Source of the DNA: Flavobacteriales bacterium
GTDB taxonomy: Bacteria; Bacteroidota; Bacteroidia; Flavobacteriales_C; CBFIFL01
Assembly (NCBI GenBank): GCA_965661855.1
Contig: CBFIFL010000002.1
Location: 8,270 to 72,269 of the forward strand
Direction of reading: 5' to 3'
DNA: 64,000 nucleotides
Position numbers and translations under genes: made by a program. Position 1 is the first letter of the stretch. Each line of letters starts with the position of its first letter. The notes under the pieces were generated by a model that saw only the letters and a list, made by a program, of their open reading frames with translations, searched no databases and was not told the origin of the DNA. This document shows, in pieces, positions 55,851-64,000 of this stretch.

Positions 55851-57278
55851 ATGGGTAGAAGAAGACAGGGAGGTCGTTTAAAGGCTTATGAAAATGTTGA
55901 GGTTATAGATGCTGGTGCAAAAGGTAAAGCTGTTGCAAGAGTAGATGATAAGGTTGTATTCATTACAGGGGCAGTTCCTGGTGATGTTTGTGATATTCAA
56001 GTAACTAAAAAGAAAAAGAGTTTTCTAGAAGCTCGTCCAACTCACTTCCATAAGTATTCGGATAAAAGGATCGAGCCTTTTTGTGATTATTTTGGAGTAT
56101 GTGGTGGATGTAAGTGGCAATTTATGTCTTATGAAAACCAATTGTTCTATAAGAATAAAGAGGTTGTAGAGAATCTGAAAAGACTTGGAAAAGTTGAGGT
56201 TGAAGAGTATCAGCCAATTTTAGCTTCGAAACATACAGAGTATTATAGAAATAAGTTGGAATATACTTTTTCTAATAAAAGGTGGTTGACGGCAGAAGAA
56301 ATGAACGTCGAAGAGCACGAAATGAGGGGCTTAGGTTTTCATGTTCCTGGAAGGTTTGATAAAGTAGTTGATATTAATCACTGTTACCTTCAGCAAGAGC
56401 CTTCAAATGCAATAAGAAACTTTGTAAGGGACTTCGCTTTTGAGAATGATTTAACATTCTTCGATATTCGAAACCATGAAGGATTTTTAAGGAATCTTAT
56501 CATTCGATCAACAACAGGGAAAGATTTAATGGTTATTGTGGCCTTTTATCATGAAGATGTTGAAAACAGAGAAGCTTTATTGAATGCTTTAGATGCAAAG
56601 TTTCCAGAGATTACATCATTGATGTATGTAATTAATGGAAAAGCCAATGATAGTATTGGTGATCAAGATATACTTTCTTTCAAAGGAAACGATCATATTA
56701 TTGATCAAATGCCTCATTTTCAGCAAGAAGGAGAGATTAAGTTTAAGATTGGACCAAAGTCTTTTTATCAAACGAATGCAGAACAAGCACATGCTTTGTA
56801 TCAGCTAACGGCTGAGTTTTCTGGTCTGAAAAAAGATGATGTTGTTTACGACTTATATACGGGTACTGGTACAATAGCCAACTTTGTTGCTCCTTATGTT
56901 TCCAAGGTTGTAGGAGTGGAATATGTTCCTGAAGCTATTGAAGATGCTTTTGTAAACAGTAAGTTGAACGGTATTGATAATACGGATTTCTATGCTGGTG
57001 ATATGAAGGATGTCTTAAATGATGAATTCATTGAAAAACATGGAAAGCCAAGTTTAATTATTACTGATCCACCAAGAGCAGGGATGCATGATTCGGTTGT
57101 AAATAAGATTCTTGAAATAGGAGCGGATACAGTGGTATACGTGTCTTGTAACTCAGCGACTCAGGCAAGAGACCTTAGTTTACTACAAGAAAAGTATAAA
57201 GTTGTGAAATCAAGAGCTGTAGACATGTTTCCTCATACTTATCATGTGGAGAATGTCGTGAGATTAGAGTTGAGATAA
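55851..57278 (+). CDS. rlmD: 23S rRNA (uracil-C5)-methyltransferase RlmD
   Basis: TRAM domain, C...CGGC, SFYQTN, DLYTGTG, DPPRAG, YVSCN, DMFPHT. Confidence 0.93.
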   Translation: MGRRRQGGRLKAYENVEVIDAGAKGKAVARVDDKVVFITGAVPGDVCDIQVTKKKKSFLEARPTHFHKYSDKRIEPFCDYFGVCGGCKWQFMSYENQLFYKNKEVVENLKRLGKVEVEEYQPILASKHTEYYRNKLEYTFSNKRWLTAEEMNVEEHEMRGLGFHVPGRFDKVVDINHCYLQQEPSNAIRNFVRDFAFENDLTFFDIRNHEGFLRNLIIRSTTGKDLMVIVAFYHEDVENREALLNALDAKFPEITSLMYVINGKANDSIGDQDILSFKGNDHIIDQMPHFQQEGEIKFKIGPKSFYQTNAEQAHALYQLTAEFSGLKKDDVVYDLYTGTGTIANFVAPYVSKVVGVEYVPEAIEDAFVNSKLNGIDNTDFYAGDMKDVLNDEFIEKHGKPSLIITDPPRAGMHDSVVNKILEIGADTVVYVSCNSATQARDLSLLQEKYKVVKSRAVDMFPHTYHVENVVRLELR

Positions 57279-57296
57279 GGATGGCGTTTTTTTTGT

Positions 57297-57512
57297 CTAA
57301 GAGTTTATCATTCGAATGTAAAGGACCTCTACTTTCTCTCTAGCCCAAGGTGTTCTACGCAAAAACTTCAGACTTGATTTAACAGAAGGATTACTCTTGA
57401 AACAGTTGATATTAACATGATCAGCCATTTTCTCCCATCCATAGTGTTCTACCAATTCTTCTATGATTGTTGCTAGTTTAACTCCGTGTAGCGGGTTGTT
57501 GGGTTGATCCAT
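57297..57512 (-). CDS. VF530/DUF2132 family DNA-binding protein
   Basis: [37 protein letters not shown]. Confidence 0.9.
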   Translation of the reverse strand: MDQPNNPLHGVKLATIIEELVEHYGWEKMADHVNINCFKSNPSVKSSLKFLRRTPWAREKVEVLYIRMINS

Positions 57513-57585
57513 GTTAATTTTGTTTAGTCTAAACTTACCTTAAAATTACACCTATCAATCAAATAAGCATCGTGTTAATCCTTAA

Positions 57586-57633
57586 AAATAAAAGGGGACG
57601 CAACCCTAAACAGGGTTGCGTCCCCTTTTATTT
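57586..57633. repeat. GC-rich palindrome, copy 1 (22-bp arms, 4-nt loop)
   Basis: aaataaaaggggacgcaaccct-aaac-agggttgcgtccccttttattt. Confidence 0.85.
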
Positions 57634-57738
57634 GAAGTAACCATATTGTGTGGGGTTCTTTCTCCTTTGTCTTCATTACTCTGCTTAACGGAAGTTGGAG
57701 TGGTCTGAGTTTTATTTGGTTCTAGCAGTAAAATACTA

Positions 57739-57770
57739 GGGGACGCAACCCTAAATAGGGTTGCGTCCCC
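57739..57770. repeat. GC-rich palindrome, copy 2 (14-bp arms)
   Basis: ggggacgcaaccct-aaat-agggttgcgtcccc, 145 bp after copy 1; both copies are followed by tatttgaagtaa. Confidence 0.85.
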
Positions 57771-57812
57771 ATATTTGAAGTAATCAATTGTGGTGTTTAT
57801 TCATCTTTAAGA

Positions 57813-60800
57813 CTAATCTAGGTTTACCTTAAAAGTACTCCTATCAGTCAAATACTCACAATGCTCAATGATTAAAATATCTGCATTTATAAGATTTATG
57901 GACTGCAATAATTCATCCATATCACTGTAGTAAAGGTTTTTACTAGGTTCGTCTATGAAGATTAAGGTGTTTTCTTGAAGTTCAGGTAGTGTTTTAATCC
58001 ACGAGAACTTGAATCTTTCTCCCGATGCGATTTCTTTAAAGTTATAATCGAGGTGGAGGTGAAGTAGATTGAAGTGAGTGAGCCATTTCTTTAATTCAAC
58101 ATACTTTTGAGGGGTTTTTGAACCTATACCCTCCAGTTTCGTGAAAAGGTCTGAGAAGCTTAGTTTTAGCCATTGGCTAATATTTAAATTATCTACTTTG
58201 TATTCAAGGACTTCCGTTTTGTATCCGGTTCCATCACAGGTAATACAAGCTTCATGTAAGTTGGCTTCAATATCTAGTGCATATTCAATGGATCCTTGCC
58301 CTTTGCATGCTAAGCATGTGTTTTGCTTGTTTTTCTGAACTTCTTTTGTCTTTATATTCAGGTACTTGGCAAATGTTTTAACGATCTCTTTTTCAATTTC
58401 AAAATAGCTTGAAAGCTTGGTTTGACTCGGTTTAGAAGTCTTAAAGTATTGATAATGACTATACTCATTTTTGATTTTAAAGTCTTTAAAGTCAGAGACT
58501 CCTTCGTTTAACAGATTGTAGATACCTTCTAGTAAAGTAGTTTTTCCAATTCCTGAAGGACCGGTAATAGCTGTTAATCCACCAAGAGGAATACTTAGTT
58601 CACTTAGCTTGATGTTGTGTTTATTAAAGGATTGGAAGCTTATTTCGTTTGTGTCAGAGCTTCCTTGCTCTGGTTCTGCTATGAAGTTGTTAGTTGAGTT
58701 TTTGTCTTTCTCAAACGAAGTCGAGGGATCTATTGACTCTAGCTTGTTTACTGTGTCACAAACCTTTAATAAATGCTCGTCTTTATCAATGATGAAAATC
58801 GTGTTCCCCTTGTCTTTCAGATTTTTCAGTAAATTTCCAATTTGCTTTCTTTTATCTTTTGGTAAGGAAGAGCTGATCTCTTCAATTACATAGGTCATGC
58901 CGGTAAGAGGACTAGATATTTTGTCGGCTATCTTCAATCGCTGTAATTCTCCACCTGATAAACTGTGTGTCAATCGATTTAGCGATAAATACCCGAGGTC
59001 AAGATTGATTAAACCTTTCAAGGTAGGGGCTATAAAGTTTTTAACCGGATTTATAAGCTTTTGTAATTCAGTGTTCTTCGTGTCGAACCAATTGGAAAGT
59101 TGATCTATCTTTAGTTTTTCAAGTTCATGAATGTTGAATCCTTGAATTTCAACGTTTCTAGCTTGGGAATTGAGCCCGCTACCATCGCATTCAGAACAAA
59201 TCACATCTATTAAGTATTCTTCAATTTTATGAATGGTCTTGTTTCCAATACTGTACTCATAATCATCTTCGATATAGTTGCGAATACCTTTCCATGGCAT
59301 TTTAAGGTTTTGGATGCCTTTTTTGCCTTTCGTTTCAAATTCCCAATCTAGTTCCCAAATATGATCTCCACTTCCGTTCAAATAACAACTCATTTGATCC
59401 TTACTGAACTCTTTGAAAGGTGAATCGGTATTCCATCCTTTGGTCTTACATAGATGCTTAAATACCGCTGTAAATTGTCCTTTCGGATTAGTGTAATAGG
59501 AGAGGAAGGAGTTGTGTTTTAGGTGAACGTTGTTTAGGTTTTCTGATTCTTTAAAAGCTTTAGTTGAATCTGTTATTTTGTTGAATGTCTTTCCTTTGCA
59601 TTTTTTACATTGGCCTTTTGGGTGTGCTTTGGAAAAGTGACTTGCACTTAGTTTTTTATCATTGCTTTCACTGAATCGGGCGAATAGAAAGCGCAATTTT
59701 TTATTGATATCTAAATAAGTAGAGATTGTTGAATTCGAGCTATTGTCTATACTTTGATTGTCAATAAATAGTGTTGGACCTATACCAGAATAACTGTCTA
59801 ACTGATAGTTTGAATTGATATCAAGGAAGCTTTTATCATATGCGGAAAGATGCTGAATGCATTCATTTCTGGCTATTTGATAAAGGGTGTCTTTAAGTAA
59901 AGCGCTTTTACCACTTCCTGAAGGACCAGTAAATCCATGGATTTGACCTTTTTCAAATTGATAATCTTTTGACTGGATGTTTTTAGTCCTAACTCCCTTT
60001 AGTTCTATTAATTTCTTCTTTTCAAGGGGCTTAAATGTTAGCTCTGAGTCTGAGTAAGTGAATTTATCAGTGATAGTATTATCCTGAATATTCTGAATGA
60101 CCTCAGCTTTATCCAGTAGGATAGGGTGGTGGTCGATACAGATAATTCCTTTTATTGAAGGTAGAAATTCTTCTAGTGCTATTATCACTTCCTTAAGGTT
60201 GTGAGCATGTAAACCATTCGAAGGGTTTTCCAATAAAAGCCACTTGTTTTTCAGTTCTTTTTTAATCAAGTGTTTTGCTAGTTTGATTCGTTGTGCCTCA
60301 CCGCCAGAAAGGCTGTTCGAGCCTTGGTTTAAGCTAAGATAATCTAATCCCAAAGCTGCTAATATATTTAGCTTATTATTAATTTTTTTGTTTAAGTGAT
60401 TACTTATAATTATTTGTTTTATAGTGCTTTGTTGTGTGCTGTGTATGTTTTGCTTATTATGCTTTATCTGTAGACTTTCTTTACTATACCTTTTTCCCTC
60501 ACAACTAGGACAAGTCTTTTCAATTTGTCCCATATAACTGAATCCAATGACTTCTTTTCCAACACCTGAGCATGTTGAACAGGCACCTTCTTTTGTGTTG
60601 AATGAAAAGTGCTTTTTCGAAAGTCCTAAAGACTTACTTTCTTCTAATCCAGCATATAGGTTTCGAATGTCATCTGCAATTCCCGTATAAGTTGCAGGTG
60701 TGCTTCTGGAGGTTTTACCAATTGGACTATCATCAACAAACAGTACTTCCTCTTTTAAGTCCTTTAGTTCGTTTATGATATTTTTCTTGAAAAGGCTGTT

Positions 60801-62267
60801 ATGACCGGTTATGACATTGAAAGTACCTTTTCTAAGTTTTAAACCAGCTAAATTAATATCACCCAATTCTCCTTGATAGGAATGTTTGTTAACCAGTTGA
60901 TTGTGTTCTAATTGACTAAGGGTATCTTGCCTCCTTTTGAATTCTTCAAATGTTCCGTTAAATACAACGTTTCCTCCGTCTTTACCTGCTTTCGGACCAA
61001 GTTCTACAATATGATCGCAATGCTTCAGTATTCTTAAATCATGATCAATAATGAAAACTGAACTTCCGTTATTCACTAGGTTTCTGAATTGGAGAAGAAG
61101 GTAGTCTCTTAAACTAGGATGGATACCAATAAAAGGTTCATCAAAGATGTATAGTACGTTGGATAATTGACTGTTTAAGGCTTTTGCTAGTCGGATTCGT
61201 TGAATTTCTCCAGATTCCAATTCTTTAGAAGGAGTGTTTAAAGTAAAGTCTCCAAAGCCAAGTTTAATCAATTGCTTGATTGTATTGACGAACTCAATGC
61301 TTTCCTGTTCTTTTGAAAAGGTCTTGTATAGCTCGTTTAACGATAAGTTTAGGTAGTAGTGAAATGTTTTTTGACGATACGTAACCGTTCTCGATTTTTC
61401 TGATAATCCAGTTCCATCACATGTAGAGCAAGTTCTAGAATCCACGTATTTAAGAATGTTTGGATTCCTATCTCTTCGAAGAATGTCTTCCATTACTGGT
61501 ATCATTCCTTTGTAATAGCCCTCTTCCGGTGGTTTGGCTTTCAAGTTTTTCCATTTCAAACGAGATTCCAAAGTATGTTTCCCAAAGGTTACCGTTACTT
61601 CCTTTGATCCATTCCAGATAATTTCTTGCTGTTGCTGAGTCAACTGTTCCCATGGACTTGTGGTACTGAAGCCGTGAGCTTGACAAACCTTTTCCAGTTC
61701 TTCCATTCTCAATTGAGAATACATGATGTATCCGTTTGGAAGAGTAGTTTTAATAAGGCCTTCAGCAATACTTAAACGTTTGTCATTTAGTAGTATTTCT
61801 TTCGAAATGAATTCTTCTTTAGCTAAACCTTTACAATTAGGACATTGTCCGACAGGAGAGAAGTGAGAGAATAAAGATTTACTTCGTTGTATTCCGTCAT
61901 CGGCAAAACGTGCAAAAGTTATCCTTAAGTAATTCGACAAATCCGACAAAGTTCCTAAAGTGGAGTATATCGAGGATGATCTTGAGTTTTGTCCGATAGA
62001 AATACCTGGTGGAAGCATTTGGATTTCATCAAATTCACCAGATTCAATTCTTTGATTGTATTTGTTTCTACTTGAAGTAATGTGGTAGTTAAAGTGTTTA
62101 ATACTTTCATTAGCAATGATATTGTGAATCAGTGAGCTTTTTCCTGATCCAGAAAGACCAACAACAGTAACCAGTTTGTTTAAGGGAATATTTACATCAA
62201 TATTCTTTAGGTTGTGCTCTCTTGCACCTTTTACTTTTAGGTAGTTATTCACATTAAAATCAGTCAT
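57813..62267 (-). CDS. Tandem-duplicated UvrA2/DrrC-like ABC ATPase (four NBDs, several CxxC)
   Basis: GAREHNLKNI..GLSGSGKSSL, PIGKTSRSTPATYTG, FSFN..GAC..C.G.G, LSGGEAQRIKLA; the whole UvrA layout is repeated twice. Confidence 0.85.
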   Translation of the reverse strand: MTDFNVNNYLKVKGAREHNLKNIDVNIPLNKLVTVVGLSGSGKSSLIHNIIANESIKHFNYHITSSRNKYNQRIESGEFDEIQMLPPGISIGQNSRSSSIYSTLGTLSDLSNYLRITFARFADDGIQRSKSLFSHFSPVGQCPNCKGLAKEEFISKEILLNDKRLSIAEGLIKTTLPNGYIMYSQLRMEELEKVCQAHGFSTTSPWEQLTQQQQEIIWNGSKEVTVTFGKHTLESRLKWKNLKAKPPEEGYYKGMIPVMEDILRRDRNPNILKYVDSRTCSTCDGTGLSEKSRTVTYRQKTFHYYLNLSLNELYKTFSKEQESIEFVNTIKQLIKLGFGDFTLNTPSKELESGEIQRIRLAKALNSQLSNVLYIFDEPFIGIHPSLRDYLLLQFRNLVNNGSSVFIIDHDLRILKHCDHIVELGPKAGKDGGNVVFNGTFEEFKRRQDTLSQLEHNQLVNKHSYQGELGDINLAGLKLRKGTFNVITGHNSLFKKNIINELKDLKEEVLFVDDSPIGKTSRSTPATYTGIADDIRNLYAGLEESKSLGLSKKHFSFNTKEGACSTCSGVGKEVIGFSYMGQIEKTCPSCEGKRYSKESLQIKHNKQNIHSTQQSTIKQIIISNHLNKKINNKLNILAALGLDYLSLNQGSNSLSGGEAQRIKLAKHLIKKELKNKWLLLENPSNGLHAHNLKEVIIALEEFLPSIKGIICIDHHPILLDKAEVIQNIQDNTITDKFTYSDSELTFKPLEKKKLIELKGVRTKNIQSKDYQFEKGQIHGFTGPSGSGKSALLKDTLYQIARNECIQHLSAYDKSFLDINSNYQLDSYSGIGPTLFIDNQSIDNSSNSTISTYLDINKKLRFLFARFSESNDKKLSASHFSKAHPKGQCKKCKGKTFNKITDSTKAFKESENLNNVHLKHNSFLSYYTNPKGQFTAVFKHLCKTKGWNTDSPFKEFSKDQMSCYLNGSGDHIWELDWEFETKGKKGIQNLKMPWKGIRNYIEDDYEYSIGNKTIHKIEEYLIDVICSECDGSGLNSQARNVEIQGFNIHELEKLKIDQLSNWFDTKNTELQKLINPVKNFIAPTLKGLINLDLGYLSLNRLTHSLSGGELQRLKIADKISSPLTGMTYVIEEISSSLPKDKRKQIGNLLKNLKDKGNTIFIIDKDEHLLKVCDTVNKLESIDPSTSFEKDKNSTNNFIAEPEQGSSDTNEISFQSFNKHNIKLSELSIPLGGLTAITGPSGIGKTTLLEGIYNLLNEGVSDFKDFKIKNEYSHYQYFKTSKPSQTKLSSYFEIEKEIVKTFAKYLNIKTKEVQKNKQNTCLACKGQGSIEYALDIEANLHEACITCDGTGYKTEVLEYKVDNLNISQWLKLSFSDLFTKLEGIGSKTPQKYVELKKWLTHFNLLHLHLDYNFKEIASGERFKFSWIKTLPELQENTLIFIDEPSKNLYYSDMDELLQSINLINADILIIEHCEYLTDRSTFKVNLD

Positions 62268-62380
62268 TAAAAACGAATCTAAGATAAAAACAAGAAAAAG
62301 TGAATAAGTATGCTCTGAAGCACCTTCAGAATTAGCGATTCTCTTCGTATTTTTGCGCCATAATTCGTTATCGATTTTTT

Positions 62381-64000
62381 ATGATTTCATTCTTTAAAAC
62401 AAAATTCAACAAAATTATAGCTGTTGAATCATCGCAATCATTTGATAGTAAGAGTATTGAAAAGTTAAACTGGCTATTTGCTGGAGAGCTTTTAAACGAA
62501 GAAGTACTGAGAGGTGCTTTTGTAGGTCCGAAGAAAGAGATGATCTCGCCTTGGAGTACGAATGCTGTTGAAATCACTCAAAATATGGGTGTAGATGGGA
62601 TTATTAGAATCGAGGAGTTTAAAATTGAAAAGGATGTGGATGCAGCACACGACAGTATGTTGGAGAAGATGTATCCAGAACTAAATCAAGAATTATATAA
62701 GATTGATATTCAGCCAGCAAAGGTGGAATATATCGATGATATTGCTGCATACAACGAAGCTGAAGGGTTGGCTTTGAATGCGCAGGAAGTAGCTTACTTA
62801 GAGAACGTTTCTAAGAAAGTTGAAAGAAAATTGACCGATAGCGAAGTGTTTGGTTTTTCTCAAGTAAATTCAGAACACTGTAGACATAAGATCTTTAACG
62901 GTCAATACATCATTGATGGAGAAGAGAAAGAATTGTCTCTATTCAATTTGATTAGAAAGACATCTGATGTTAATCCAAATAAAATTGTTTCTGCATATAA
63001 GGATAATGTTTCGTTTGTAAAGGGACCAAAAGCAATGCAGTTTGCTCCTAAGAATCAGGATAAGTCTGATTTCTTCGAGACAAAAGAGATTGATACGGTA
63101 TTATCATTAAAAGCTGAAACACATAACTTCCCAACAACGGTTGAGCCATTTAATGGTGCTGCTACTGGCGGTGGTGGTGAGATAAGAGATAGAATGGCTG
63201 GAGGTAAGGGTTCAGTACCTATGTCTGGTTCAGCAGTATATATGACTTCTTATTCTAGACTAGAAGAAGGAAGAGAATGGGAAGATGGGATGCCAGCAAG
63301 AGATTGGTTGTACCAATCACCAGTTGATATTTTAATCAAAGCTTCAAATGGAGCTTCTGATTTCGGAAATAAGTTTGGACAACCTTTAATTAACGGGTCG
63401 GTATTGACTTTTGAGCATTCAGAGGCTGGAAAGAAATATGGATTTGATAAAGTAATCATGCTTGCAGGTGGTATTGGTTATGGTAAGTATGAAGATGCTT
63501 TAAAGGAAGTTCCTCAAAAAGGAGATAAGATAGTTGTTCTTGGAGGAGATAACTATAGAATCGGAATGGGTGGTTCAGCAGTATCATCTGTTGATACTGG
63601 AGAGTTATCAAGTTCAATAGAATTAAATGCAATTCAAAGATCTAACCCCGAGATGCAAAAGAGAGCGTTTAACGCAGTTAGAGCATTTTCTGAGGCAAGT
63701 GATAATAAAATCGTTTCTATCCACGATCACGGTGCGGGAGGACACTTAAATTGTCTTTCTGAATTGGTAGAGGATACTGGAGGATTGATTCAGTTAAGAG
63801 AATTACCTGTTGGAGATCCTACCTTATCTGCTAAAGAGATCGTTGGTAATGAGTCTCAAGAGAGAATGGGGTTAGTAATTAAAGCTGAAGATGTTCCATT
63901 GCTAGCAGATATTTGTGAGCGTGAAAGATCACCAATGTACGTGGTTGGAGAGATTACAGGAGATCATAGGTTTAGATTTGAAGATACTAAGACGAATGAG
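62381..64000 (+). CDS. purL: Phosphoribosylformylglycinamidine synthase (3'-partial)
   Basis: ORF from ATG 62381 running off the window (absent from the ORF track): SPWSTNAVEI, FSQVNSEHCRHKIFN, KAETHNFPT..PFNGAATG, IHDHGAGG, NESQERM; TATTTTTG at 62348-62355. Confidence 0.95.
   Translation, partial: MISFFKTKFNKIIAVESSQSFDSKSIEKLNWLFAGELLNEEVLRGAFVGPKKEMISPWSTNAVEITQNMGVDGIIRIEEFKIEKDVDAAHDSMLEKMYPELNQELYKIDIQPAKVEYIDDIAAYNEAEGLALNAQEVAYLENVSKKVERKLTDSEVFGFSQVNSEHCRHKIFNGQYIIDGEEKELSLFNLIRKTSDVNPNKIVSAYKDNVSFVKGPKAMQFAPKNQDKSDFFETKEIDTVLSLKAETHNFPTTVEPFNGAATGGGGEIRDRMAGGKGSVPMSGSAVYMTSYSRLEEGREWEDGMPARDWLYQSPVDILIKASNGASDFGNKFGQPLINGSVLTFEHSEAGKKYGFDKVIMLAGGIGYGKYEDALKEVPQKGDKIVVLGGDNYRIGMGGSAVSSVDTGELSSSIELNAIQRSNPEMQKRAFNAVRAFSEASDNKIVSIHDHGAGGHLNCLSELVEDTGGLIQLRELPVGDPTLSAKEIVGNESQERMGLVIKAEDVPLLADICERERSPMYVVGEITGDHRFRFEDTKTNE

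Noticed and set aside
57586-57790. Possible mini-CRISPR array
   Set aside because: There are only two repeats, the ~113-bp gap is too long for a spacer, and no cas genes are present.

Overview
AT-rich, gene-dense chromosomal window from a Bacteroidota bacterium, probably Flavobacteriales-like. The assignment rests on TAnnTTTG -7 promoter elements, TonB-dependent receptors, a T9SS type-B CTD protein, DUF4199/DUF4494 genes and a Bacteroidota-type SRP RNA. Most genes are housekeeping or envelope genes (purB, fmt, fsa, xseAB, galE, rlmD, 5' part of purL, rhomboids, DPP-IV). The window also holds rnpB, ffs and a TPP riboswitch. I saw no tRNA, rRNA, CRISPR array, transposase, integrase or phage genes. 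Most notable: (1) a 1484-aa double UvrA2-like ATPase whose degenerate motifs sort into two intact and two dead composite ATP sites, next to a duplicated GC-rich palindrome; (2) a coupled transsulfuration PLP enzyme and single-Cys OsmC pair followed by a REPIN-like inverted repeat; (3) a thiamine uptake module (YkoF-like, PnuC, NadR-like kinase, TBDT) whose TPP riboswitch carries an extra hairpin; (4) a MntR/DtxR regulator with an operator-like palindrome facing a CxxC-plug TBDT; (5) a DUF1801 gene broken by one TGA at what is likely a Trp codon. All family assignments come from motif recognition, with no database searches.
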